Assembly (NCBI GenBank): GCA_039025835.1
Contig: JBCCNM010000002.1
Span: forward strand, 116 to 64,115
DNA: 64,000 bases
DNA from: Pseudomonadota bacterium
GTDB taxonomy: Bacteria; Pseudomonadota; Gammaproteobacteria; Steroidobacterales; Woeseiaceae
Reading direction: 5' to 3'
Shown: positions 43,460 through 60,409 of the stretch, piece by piece
How positions within the stretch are numbered: the first letter of the stretch is position 1
How the letters are laid out: each line of letters begins with the position of its first letter
Position numbers and translations under genes: made by a program
The notes under the pieces: model-generated
Seen by the model: only the letters and a program-made list of their open reading frames with translations
What the model was told of the DNA's origin: nothing
Databases searched by the model: none

Positions 43460-44661
43460 GGCGATCGCTCCTCCGATGACAGCGCGATTGTGGCCACGCC
43501 AGAGTCCCTCGCATCAGACACATCGGCACCAACATTAGCCGGTGACAGAAAACGGGCGAAATCCTCCACGCTGTTTTGCCCGAATGCGATCAGGTCAATC
43601 TCAGTGTCGGTTGCCGGGTCCTCGAGTACCAGTCGACCGTCCTGCGTTTCGTGCAGCGCGAACGGCTGTTCGGCACCGATGCCGGACAAGCGACGCAGGC
43701 GGACCAGTCCGCGCAGTGTTCCACGTACAAAGTTGCCGTCGCCTTGCTCCAGCCACGCGATCTGCGCACCGGTTGCCGCGTCGACAACCTCGACCGCCCC
43801 GTTTTCACGATCCTCGAAAAACAGGTCGACGGTTGTGGATGCCTCAGCCGACAAACCGCCACCGAAAGCGGCGTTTTTTTCCTGCATCAGCCAGGCACCG
43901 CCGAGCGTGAATATCGTCAGACCAGCAGCGAGCGCTAGAGGCACACCGTTAAGCTCCCAGAATCCGACATCCCGCTTCGGTGGCTCATCGGATCTTCGGC
44001 TGGGTGCGGCTTTCCCGGCTGCCATCGCATCCTGCCAGTCATCGGTCATCAGCCTGGCAAGATCAGTGGCCACAGCTGCGGCGTCCGGTATGCCGCGAAG
44101 CACTGGCTTCACACGAAAGATACTCAGCGGCTTCACGTGAGGAAACAACAGAACATACAGCAGAGGATTGGCGGACTCCGGCAGCAATGCAATTTCCCCG
44201 CTGCCGTCGCGACGAATCCTTACATCGGCAGATTCGATCAACGGGAACGGGAAACTCATCGTCACCGGCAACGCAACGCCACACTGCATGACCACGCGGT
44301 GCGTGGTTATCGAATACGTCGTTGTTCGCGCCAGCAGAAAGGCGAATACCCAAATAATGCCCATGGCAAATGCCGCCATGATGACGTAGCCCAACACGTC
44401 AGAAGCGCTGGACGCTACTGACCCTCCGCCCCGGAACTGAATAGCAAACAGTATGCCGATCAGCACCGAGAAATAGATCGCCAGAAGACGGAAGTGGAAG
44501 GTCCCTTGTAACAGGCCCTGTAACGACGGCTTGCCCTGCCAGACTATGCGTTCACCGCGAGGCAGCGCCTCGGGCAATTCTTCCGGCAGTTCAGGCAACT
44601 CCTCTGTCGACTCGGGGACAAGAACCTGATCCCCGCTCCAGGTATCTTGTGGTTGTTTCAA
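43456..44661 (-). CDS. PuhB-PuhC fusion protein (RC-LH1 assembly factors)
   Basis: Single uninterrupted 401-aa frame. Residues about 1-215 are PuhB-like (GERIVWQGKPS.., two TM helices, ITTHRVVMQCG.. bPH-type domain). Residues about 240-401 are PuhC-like (TM helix, then DLFFEDRENGAVEVVDAATG...FVRGTLRGLVRLRRL...LVLEDPATDTEIDLIAFGQNSVEDFARFL). Confidence 0.75.
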   Translation of the reverse strand: MKQPQDTWSGDQVLVPESTEELPELPEELPEALPRGERIVWQGKPSLQGLLQGTFHFRLLAIYFSVLIGILFAIQFRGGGSVASSASDVLGYVIMAAFAMGIIWVFAFLLARTTTYSITTHRVVMQCGVALPVTMSFPFPLIESADVRIRRDGSGEIALLPESANPLLYVLLFPHVKPLSIFRVKPVLRGIPDAAAVATDLARLMTDDWQDAMAAGKAAPSRRSDEPPKRDVGFWELNGVPLALAAGLTIFTLGGAWLMQEKNAAFGGGLSAEASTTVDLFFEDRENGAVEVVDAATGAQIAWLEQGDGNFVRGTLRGLVRLRRLSGIGAEQPFALHETQDGRLVLEDPATDTEIDLIAFGQNSVEDFARFLSPANVGADVSDARDSGVATIALSSEERSP

Positions 44662-45416
44662 AATAAGGGCTCCTTCCGTTCGCTGTCAGCAAACATCAGT
44701 CCGCCACCGAAGTAGCCGACCAGCTTGTCCTCTTCCAGCATCGTGATCTGGTTGGGGCTAGCCAGCGTTGGCACGTTGCCGAACTGGTGCGAGTAGAGGG
44801 CATTGACACGAATCTTGCTTGCGCCCTTGTCGATTTCCGCGAAGCCGAAGGGTACGAGTCGGCTGCCGTGGGACGTATCAAGCTCAAGGAAGTAGATCTG
44901 TGGCTCGGCCAGGTCGATCCAGATGTCCGATACCTTGCCAACTTCCTTGTCATCGGCACCGACGACAGCCATACCGCGTGGGTCGATGTCCTTCTCGTCC
45001 ACGTGGAAACCGTCAGCCACTCGCAATGGCACGATGCGCGGTTCGCCTTCGAGCGTCTTTTCGAAGATGTCCGGTCGCTCGGTCCAGGCACCGGGTCCCA
45101 TACCGGACATCATCGGGTCACCTGTCGGGTTGAGCGGTGATCCCGGGTTTCGCTCAGCGGGCACGCCATGAAAGTTTTTCGCCGGGCCTTCGTTACGCGG
45201 CACCTGGACACTACGTCCGTCATCGGTGTAGTAGGTCTTCGGCTCGGGCATTGCGGGAAAGCCCTGTACCGTGATGTTGTTGGATCGGTCAGACACGAGA
45301 GGGTAACCCTCGCGCTTCATCTCTCGCTGCAGGTAGTACACGAGGCCGATAAAAAACACCCAGAACAGGGTAAACAGGATTTCAACAAGATCTATATTTG
45401 CCATTCCGCTGGACAT
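44658..45416 (-). CDS. puhA: photosynthetic reaction centre H subunit
   Basis: 252 aa. N-terminal TM helix then YYLQREMKREGYPLV, and a PRC-barrel C-terminal domain. Confidence 0.95.
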   Translation of the reverse strand: MSSGMANIDLVEILFTLFWVFFIGLVYYLQREMKREGYPLVSDRSNNITVQGFPAMPEPKTYYTDDGRSVQVPRNEGPAKNFHGVPAERNPGSPLNPTGDPMMSGMGPGAWTERPDIFEKTLEGEPRIVPLRVADGFHVDEKDIDPRGMAVVGADDKEVGKVSDIWIDLAEPQIYFLELDTSHGSRLVPFGFAEIDKGASKIRVNALYSHQFGNVPTLASPNQITMLEEDKLVGYFGGGLMFADSERKEPLF

Positions 45417-45437
45417 GACGGTCCTCCGGTTCTTCTC

Positions 45438-46871
45438 TCAACTAGGAAATTCGGCCAGGCCGAATCGGGGTTTCTCCTTGTGATCAGACTGATGCGTAAA
45501 TGCAGCTATCGGTCCGATCACAACGAGCGTCGCAAACAACAACATGACTTCGACGTGGTACACGAAGGTGTACCCGATCGAGGGTCCGGCGAACGCCGAA
45601 CCGAGCACGCCACTGCTCGCAAGTTCTGAAATCAGGTCACGCAGGACACCACCGACGGCGATCGCCACGCCGGTTGCTGTCGCCTGAACGGCGCCCCAGG
45701 CGCCCAGTGCGATTCCGCTGTTGCTGCCGCTGGCCAGCGCCATCGCGGCCGTCAAAGTGCCGACGGCAAACAGTCCGCCACCCAGGCCGATCAGCACCAC
45801 ACCGAAGGCAAACAGCGCCTTGATCTTAAACGCACTGACCACAGCGACGATGGCAAACGCAAAGACGCCGACAAGTGCACCATAGCCGGCAAGTCGGTTT
45901 GCGTTGGTGCCGCGCCCAAGGAAGTAGCCGGCAAACAGAAAAGCGATCAACATGCCGCCGGCGAACAATGCGGTGAGCCCGGTTGTCGCCGCGACCGACA
46001 TCCCCAGTATCTCGCCGCCAAAGGGCTCGAGCAGGATGTCCTGCATCGCGAATCCGGACGTGCCAAGTGCCACCGCCAGCAGCAGACGCGATGTACCCGG
46101 CGTGCTGCGCAGCTCGCTCAGCGACTCTCGGAAACCGGGGTTTGACACTGGTTCCAGCGACTTGAAGAGGTCACGCGGCTCCTGCTTCCAGAGGGCAATC
46201 ACGTTCAACACCAGCGTGATAACCGCGGCGCTCTGAATTACGCGAATCAAGCGACCCGGGGTGTAGTCCTGCAGCAGCCAACCGAACAGCAGCGCGCTGA
46301 AAAACATGCCGACCAGCAGCGTGACAAACAGCAGCGCGACGACGCGCGGCCGGTTTTCGGGTTTCGCCAGATCAGACGCCAGTGCCAGTCCGGCCGTCTG
46401 CGTCATATGCAGCCCGGCTCCGACCAGCAGGAATGCCGCACCGGCACCGAGCTGGCCCAACCACACAGGCCCAACGCCGGTTCCGGAGAGCACCAGCATC
46501 GCAAAAGGCATGATGGCGAGGCCGGCATACTGCAGGCAGGTGCCGGTCCAGATAAACGGTATGCGGCGCACGCCGAAGGCAGACTGGTGCACGTCCGATC
46601 GATGGCCAATCAATGCACGTGCTGGCGCGAACACGACCGGCAGCGCCACCATCAATGCCACGAACCAGGCCGGTATGTTCAGCTCGACGATCATCACGCG
46701 ATTCAGCGTGCCGGTGATCAACACGATGGCCATACCGACCGACATCTGGAACAGGGACAGGCGCAGAATGCGCGACAGCGGCATCTCGTCGCTGCCAACA
46801 TCGGCGAACGGCAACAGCTTCGGAATCAACGCCCGAATGCGATCGTCAGCCTTTGCGCGCGCCTCGGTCAC
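45438..46871 (-). CDS. lhaA: LH1 assembly protein, PucC/BCD-family MFS
   Basis: 477 aa, 12-TM PucC family (..RILRLSLFQMSVGMAIVL..). Canonical position between bchM and puhA. Confidence 0.88.
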   Translation of the reverse strand: MTEARAKADDRIRALIPKLLPFADVGSDEMPLSRILRLSLFQMSVGMAIVLITGTLNRVMIVELNIPAWFVALMVALPVVFAPARALIGHRSDVHQSAFGVRRIPFIWTGTCLQYAGLAIMPFAMLVLSGTGVGPVWLGQLGAGAAFLLVGAGLHMTQTAGLALASDLAKPENRPRVVALLFVTLLVGMFFSALLFGWLLQDYTPGRLIRVIQSAAVITLVLNVIALWKQEPRDLFKSLEPVSNPGFRESLSELRSTPGTSRLLLAVALGTSGFAMQDILLEPFGGEILGMSVAATTGLTALFAGGMLIAFLFAGYFLGRGTNANRLAGYGALVGVFAFAIVAVVSAFKIKALFAFGVVLIGLGGGLFAVGTLTAAMALASGSNSGIALGAWGAVQATATGVAIAVGGVLRDLISELASSGVLGSAFAGPSIGYTFVYHVEVMLLFATLVVIGPIAAFTHQSDHKEKPRFGLAEFPS

Positions 46872-47574
46872 CTGTGAATCAACTCCAGTGCGTGAGAAAT
46901 GTAAAAGCCGCTTTTGATGCGTTCGCTTCGTCCGATTACCCAGCCCTCGTCAGCCAGAGACGCATCCAGATGGTCCATCAGGCGTCCGATGCGTACCGGT
47001 TCAATCGCCGGTGCCCGGTTGCTGCTGCTCCTCGCCAGTTGGCGACCGACGAAGTGCATCATCGCCAGCGACACGGTCCATGGGGCCGCCGTGAAATGCA
47101 CCGAACTGCGTGCGCGGCCGGCAAATTCAGCAACGACTTTGTGCACGTCGACAGCCGCGTAATGGATCAGTGAGTCCATCGCCACAATGTGGTCGACCTT
47201 GGCGGGCGCATCAGCGAGCATGTCACCCACGCGAAAGTCGATTTCACCGCTGAACTCTTCCTCCGCGGCACGCTCCCGCGCGACATTGACCAGGTTTGAG
47301 GCCACATCGATCGCGATCACGCTAGCCCCGCGGCGGGCAGCATCGACCGCCAGGGCGCCGGTGCCACAACCGGCGTCCAGTAAGGTTTTGCCAGTCAGAT
47401 CAGCGGGCAGCCAGTCCAGCAACGTGCTGCGCATGTCGTCCCGGCCGGCTCGCACCGTGGCACGCACGCGACTGACTGGCGCATTTGACGTCAACGCCTG
47501 CCAAGCAGCGGCGGCCGTCTGGTCAAAGTAGGTCGTGAGCTGATCACGGCGTTGCAGGTAACTGGATGGTCTCA

Positions 47575-47575
<1 letters not shown>
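46868..47575 (-). CDS. bchM: Mg-protoporphyrin IX O-methyltransferase
   Basis: 235 aa. SAM motif LLDAGCGTGALAVDAARRGA and the conserved YFDQTAAAAW N-terminus. Confidence 0.93.
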
Positions 47576-55456
<7,881 letters not shown>

Positions 55457-55503
55457 GCTGACAACCGGCGCTGTCAGGTTGGATTACCCCGATGCCAGTA
55501 TAG

Positions 55504-55537
55504 TGTCAATTTAAATGGACGTAAATATTTCTTGACA
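55504..55537. promoter_or_regulatory. degenerate overlapping PpsR-type half-perfect sites in the bchF/ppaA divergent region
   Basis: TGTcaatttaaatggACG (55504-55521) overlaps CGTaaatatttcttgACA (55520-55537). TTGACA at 55531-55536 could be a plus-strand -35. Confidence 0.35.
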
Positions 55538-55663
55538 TTCGCTCAACCGAGGGCCAATTTAGGCTGCGATGCGTGGCAGTTTGTCCACGATTCACGAACC
55601 CGACCGGGGATTCCGGGGAAGTTGGGGTACGATGGCCACTCACCCTATGGCGGCCACCCGACC

Positions 55664-56560
55664 ATGAACCAGAAAAGCTCCAGCCGCGTTCCGGACGAAC
55701 GCACGCAGGAAAGCTTCACCGACGACGACGGCCAGCACACGGCGTTTCCCGAGATCGAACAGGGCGACGACATCGGCCGGCAAATGTTGTCGAGGCTGGG
55801 CCGGATCATCGAAGGGGACATCATCCCGCGTCTTATGCTGGCATTCGATTCACCACGCACGGCAAGTCTTGATCCCAAGACAGTTGAACGTCTGCGAGAC
55901 AGCGTTGACGAATTCGTCCACCTGCTGATTGCACACGACGCATCCGTGGCGACTCGATATATCGGTATGCTGCGCGCTGATGGCACCCCTTTGTCCGCGC
56001 TTTACCTCGACCTGCTGGCACCTGCTGCCCGCCGTCTCGGCAAACTCTGGGAAGACGACGAGTGCTCGTTCACCGATGTCACCGTCGGCGTCTGCCGTAT
56101 GCACCAGGTGCTGCTGGAATTCAGCCGCTGCTTTGATGCAACGACCGGCGGTGACGATCCCGGCAGAAGAACGCTGATCATTCCGGTACCGGGCGAACAA
56201 CACACCTTCGGTATTTTCATGGTCATCGAGTTTCTTCGCCGGGCCGGCTGGAACTGTTTTAGCGGGACACCGGGCAATGCGAGCGAGTTCCAGGAAATCA
56301 TTGATTCGCAGGCATTCGATGTGATCGGCCTTTCGATCAGCGCGGAGCGCAATATCGACACTGCACAGGACCTCGTCAACAAGGTGCGCGACAGTCAACG
56401 GAATGCGGACACGACGATCGTTATTGGCGGTCGCCTGGCCAATGAAAATCCGGACCTCGCGGACACGATCGGAGCCGATGCGACAGCGTCAAGCGGGGAG
56501 GATGCCGTCGCTCAGTTCAATCGCCTTTTCCAGGAAACGAAGCAGATCCAAAGGACCTGA
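55664..56560 (+). CDS. ppaA: cobalamin-binding photosynthesis antirepressor PpaA/AerR
   Basis: ATG 55664 gives a 298-aa protein. B12-binding Rossmann part ..LIIPVPGEQHTFGIFMVIEFLRRAGWNCF...FDVIGLSIS...IVIGG.. Located directly upstream of ppsR. The upstream 184 codons of the track ORF are antisense to bchF. Confidence 0.85.
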   Translation: MNQKSSSRVPDERTQESFTDDDGQHTAFPEIEQGDDIGRQMLSRLGRIIEGDIIPRLMLAFDSPRTASLDPKTVERLRDSVDEFVHLLIAHDASVATRYIGMLRADGTPLSALYLDLLAPAARRLGKLWEDDECSFTDVTVGVCRMHQVLLEFSRCFDATTGGDDPGRRTLIIPVPGEQHTFGIFMVIEFLRRAGWNCFSGTPGNASEFQEIIDSQAFDVIGLSISAERNIDTAQDLVNKVRDSQRNADTTIVIGGRLANENPDLADTIGADATASSGEDAVAQFNRLFQETKQIQRT

Positions 56561-56617
56561 CAACCCGGACACCACTAGCCACGTGTTACGAGTTGTTTAC
56601 AATCAGCGGATGCTTGC

Positions 56618-58018
56618 GTGCCACCGTTTCAGACCCCGAAACTGTTAATGGAATCCCTGACGTCCGAACTGTCCTCGACGCTCATCGCCGAGGCGTCAGA
56701 CATCAGTTTGCTTATCGACGCCGAAGGCATCGTCCAGGATGTTGCACTCGGTGGCAAAGAACCGCATCTCGAACTGGCCCTGACCTGGGTTGGTACACCC
56801 TGGATCGACACGGTCACAATCGAAAGCAAGAATAAAATCAGAGACTTAATGACCGCCAAGGGCAATGGCAGCGGATCCAGATGGCGTCAGGTCAACCATA
56901 TGACCGACGGTGACGTTGACCTGCCGGTCATGTACAAGACCATCCCGGCCAACGACGACCTGATCCTCGCGGTCGGTCGCGACCTGAGCCAGATTTCGAC
57001 GCTGCAGCAACGCCTGCTGGACGTGCAGCAATCACTCGAGCGCGACTACTCACGACTGCACCAGGCCGAGATTCGCTATCGCATGCTGTTCTCGATGACT
57101 TCGGAGGCGATTCTCTTTGTTGACGCCGACAGCCGCAAGATTGTCGAAGCCAATCCGGCGGCCGGCAAGTTGCTCGACAAACCGACCAACAAGCTGATCA
57201 ATCGCAGCTTCCCGCGCGGTTTCAGCGATAACAGCAACGACGCTGTTGAGGAACTCCTGATCCGCGTTCGCGCGGCTGGTCGCGCTGAAGCCATCATTGT
57301 GCGCTCGGCAACCGACCACCAGTCCTTTAGCCTGAATGCGTCGCTGGTACGCAGGGAAGATGGTCAGTTTTTCCTGATCCGGCTACGCGCGTCGGAAGAC
57401 AGCAGCCGCGACGACAGCATGCAGCGCATGATCGATATCGTGCAGCGCTCACCGGACGCCTTCGTCATTACCGATCCAGACGGCCGCATCAAGGTCGCCA
57501 ACAGAGCCTTCCTCGACCTCTGCTCTATCGCAACGGAGCTGCAGATCGTTAACCAGCCGGTTGACCGCTGGCTCGGTCGCCCGGGCGTCGATGCGAACCT
57601 GCTGATTCGCAACCTTCGAAATCGACCCGAGGTCCGCCATTTCACGACCACCGTATACCCGGACTTCGGCGACCCGATTGATGTTGAACTGTCAGCCGTG
57701 TCAGCTCTGGAAAGTGATGAACCCTGTTTTGGCTTTGTCATTCGACGACACATCAGCCCGTCGCGATCGGGCACGGAGACCGAGAACGAGCTGCCCCACT
57801 CCCTGCAGGAAATGACCGAGCTGGTGGGTCGCGTTCCGCTGAAAGACCTGGTTCGTGAAACCACCGACATCATCGAACGCATGTGCATCGAAGCTGCACT
57901 GAAAATGACCGACGACAGTCGCGCATCCGCCGCCGAAATGCTCGGGCTCAGTCGCCAGAGCCTGTACGTCAAACTCCGCCGATACGGTATCGGCGAGGTC
58001 GACGACGACGGTAAATAG
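56618..58018 (+). CDS. ppsR: photosynthesis gene repressor PpsR/CrtJ
   Basis: 466 aa with multiple PAS domains and a C-terminal Fis-type HTH (..ASAAEMLGLSRQSLYVKLRRYGI..). Alternative ATG at 56648. Confidence 0.92.
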   Translation: MPPFQTPKLLMESLTSELSSTLIAEASDISLLIDAEGIVQDVALGGKEPHLELALTWVGTPWIDTVTIESKNKIRDLMTAKGNGSGSRWRQVNHMTDGDVDLPVMYKTIPANDDLILAVGRDLSQISTLQQRLLDVQQSLERDYSRLHQAEIRYRMLFSMTSEAILFVDADSRKIVEANPAAGKLLDKPTNKLINRSFPRGFSDNSNDAVEELLIRVRAAGRAEAIIVRSATDHQSFSLNASLVRREDGQFFLIRLRASEDSSRDDSMQRMIDIVQRSPDAFVITDPDGRIKVANRAFLDLCSIATELQIVNQPVDRWLGRPGVDANLLIRNLRNRPEVRHFTTTVYPDFGDPIDVELSAVSALESDEPCFGFVIRRHISPSRSGTETENELPHSLQEMTELVGRVPLKDLVRETTDIIERMCIEAALKMTDDSRASAAEMLGLSRQSLYVKLRRYGIGEVDDDGK

Positions 58019-58126
58019 CCCGCCGCCTGTCGTCGAAAAAGGCGCTCCCTGAAATAAGGTTTCGCGCGACAGTAACGCGGAATTTGCCCTGCCGGCCGAT
58101 TTTCGGAAAACCCAAGCTGATTTGAG

Positions 58127-58144
58127 TGTCATTTTTAATTGACG
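58127..58144. promoter_or_regulatory. imperfect PpsR-type site upstream of bchG
   Basis: TGTcatttttaattgACG (one mismatch to TGT-N12-ACA), about 32 nt upstream of the bchG ATG. Confidence 0.25.
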
Positions 58145-58175
58145 CTTATGGGTGTCAAGGTTTATTGTCATCCGT

Positions 58176-59087
58176 ATGGGGCGTGCGACTGCCAATGCGA
58201 TCGCAGCCGATCGTCCAAACTGGACGGCGTTTTTGGAGCTGCTGAAACCGATCACCTGGTTTCCACCTATGTGGGCGTTCGGTTGCGGCGTCGTGTCGTC
58301 CGGAGAATCTCTTGTTGATCGATGGCCGTTCGCCCTCGCCGGCGTGCTGCTCGCCGGGCCCCTCGTCTGCGGTACCAGCCAGGTTGTCAATGACTGGTTC
58401 GACCGACGCGTCGACGCTATCAATGAACCACAGCGCCCTATTCCGTCTGGCCGCGCGCCCGGCAAGACCGCTTTTTACTTCGCTCTCGCCTGGACCGCCC
58501 TGTCCGTGCTGGTCGCTGCGTCGCTCGGTGTGTGGATCCTGGCAGCTGCCGTTGTAGGTCTGGCACTGGCATGGGCCTACAGCGCTCCGCCGTTCCGCTT
58601 GAAGCAAAACGGCTGGTTGGGCAATGCGGCCGTCGGCCTCTGCTATGAGGGTCTGCCGTGGTTTACCGCCGCAGCCGTCATGCTCGGTGGGTTGCCCGGC
58701 ACGCCGATCATTCTGCTCGCTTTGCTCTACAGCATCGGTGCTCACGGCATCATGACGCTGAACGACTTCAAAGCCATTGAAGGCGACAAGGTCATGGGGG
58801 TTCGAACACTGCCTGTGCAGCTTGGCGTCGATCGCGCGGCTCGCCTGACCTGTGTGGTCATGGCGCTGCCGCAGCTCATTGTCACGATCTACCTGTTGCA
58901 GCTGGGAGACAGACTGGCCGCCGGAATCGTCGGAGGGCTGTTGATTACGCAACTGATCCTGATGGTGCGCTTCGTGCGTAATCCGATCAAACGCGCCGTC
59001 TGGTTCAGCGGCTTCGGCGTGATGCTGTTTGTCCTCGGCATGCTGGCCAGCGCCTTCGCCGTTCGCGGACTCGGTCTCGCGGTATGA
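58176..59087 (+). CDS. bchG: bacteriochlorophyll a synthase
   Basis: UbiA prenyltransferase. ..NDWFDRRVDAINEPQRPIPSG.. and ..DFKAIEGD.. are the two Asp-rich motifs. ATG 58176 is preferred over GTG 58152. Confidence 0.93.
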   Translation: MGRATANAIAADRPNWTAFLELLKPITWFPPMWAFGCGVVSSGESLVDRWPFALAGVLLAGPLVCGTSQVVNDWFDRRVDAINEPQRPIPSGRAPGKTAFYFALAWTALSVLVAASLGVWILAAAVVGLALAWAYSAPPFRLKQNGWLGNAAVGLCYEGLPWFTAAAVMLGGLPGTPIILLALLYSIGAHGIMTLNDFKAIEGDKVMGVRTLPVQLGVDRAARLTCVVMALPQLIVTIYLLQLGDRLAAGIVGGLLITQLILMVRFVRNPIKRAVWFSGFGVMLFVLGMLASAFAVRGLGLAV

Positions 59088-60409
59088 TCACAACCCCCAT
59101 CAGCTGGCTGGGTATCGCACGACTGGGACTCGTGCAAACGTCGCTCGGCGCGGTCGTGGTTTTAACGACATCCACCCTGAACCGGATCATGGTCGTCGAG
59201 CTCGGACTCGCTGCCGTTGTACCGGGTGTGCTCGTGGCAATGCACTATTTCGTGCAGATTTCGCGGCCGCGTTTCGGTCACGGCTCTGACCAGGGCAGTC
59301 GACGAACGCCGTGGATCATTGGCGGCATGCTGATTCTCGCATTGGGTGGCGTGCTCGCTGCAACCTCCACAGCAGTCATGGCGCAATCGACAAGCGCCGG
59401 GCTCGCTTTGGCAGTTGTCGCATTCCTTATGATCGGCGCCGGTGTTGGCGCAAGCGGCACCTGCTTGCTCGTGTTGCTCGCCTCCACGGTCGACCAGAAA
59501 CGGCGCGCCGCGGCAGCGAGCATCACGTGGATCATGATGATCACCGGCTTTGCGGTGACGGCCGGTGTTATCGGATCGTTCCTCGATCCGTTTTCCTACA
59601 CGCGACTGATCACTATCGCGGCGATTGTCGGACTCACCGCCGTCACTGTTACGGTACTGGCGTTGTACGGGCTGGAAGCCCGCTACGCGCGTGCTGTCGA
59701 GATCAACAACGACGACGCATCGCCGACCCGATTCCGTGAGGCTCTGGCGGAGGTGCTGGCGGAAAGCCATACCCGACGATTCGCCCTCTTTGTGTTTATC
59801 TCGATGCTGGCGTACAGCGCGCAGGATCTTGTGCTTGAACCCTTCGCCGGTGCCGTGTTCGGCATGACGCCAGGGCAATCCACACAGCTCGGCGGTACAC
59901 AGCACGCCGGTGTCCTGCTCGGGATGCTGATGGTGGCATTCATCGGCTATCGATTCAGCGGCATGAGGAATGGCGTTATGCGCTTCTGCATGCTGGCCGG
60001 CTGCCTGAGCTCCAGTCTGTTCCTCGTGTTGCTGGGGGTATCCGGTTACGTCAGCTCGGAGTGGCCACTGCACGGCACGGTGCTGGCACTGGGTATCGCC
60101 AATGGCACCTTCGCCGTCGCTGCGATCGGCGCAATGATGGGTCTTGTCTCCCGAGGCCGCGAAAAACGCGACGGTGTTCGCATGGGCGTCTGGGGCGCTG
60201 CACAGGCGATTGCATTCGGCAGCGGAGGCATCGCCGGCACGCTCGCCGTAGACCTTGTCCGTTTTGCGAGCAACTCGTCGCTGCACGCCTACAGCCTGGT
60301 CTTCGTGTTGCAGGCCATCCTTTTTGCGGTAGCGGCGTCACTGGCTGCCGAGATCACCCAACGATCCGCGACTGTGTCTGCGGACGGAGAACTCAAACAT
60401 GTCTTCTGA
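59084..60409 (+). CDS. PucC/LhaA-family MFS protein (Bch2 / ORF428 type)
   Basis: 441 aa, 12 TM (..RLGLVQTSLGAVVVL..). Canonical position between bchG and bchP. Start overlaps the bchG stop by 4 nt. Confidence 0.85.
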   Translation: MITTPISWLGIARLGLVQTSLGAVVVLTTSTLNRIMVVELGLAAVVPGVLVAMHYFVQISRPRFGHGSDQGSRRTPWIIGGMLILALGGVLAATSTAVMAQSTSAGLALAVVAFLMIGAGVGASGTCLLVLLASTVDQKRRAAAASITWIMMITGFAVTAGVIGSFLDPFSYTRLITIAAIVGLTAVTVTVLALYGLEARYARAVEINNDDASPTRFREALAEVLAESHTRRFALFVFISMLAYSAQDLVLEPFAGAVFGMTPGQSTQLGGTQHAGVLLGMLMVAFIGYRFSGMRNGVMRFCMLAGCLSSSLFLVLLGVSGYVSSEWPLHGTVLALGIANGTFAVAAIGAMMGLVSRGREKRDGVRMGVWGAAQAIAFGSGGIAGTLAVDLVRFASNSSLHAYSLVFVLQAILFAVAASLAAEITQRSATVSADGELKHVF

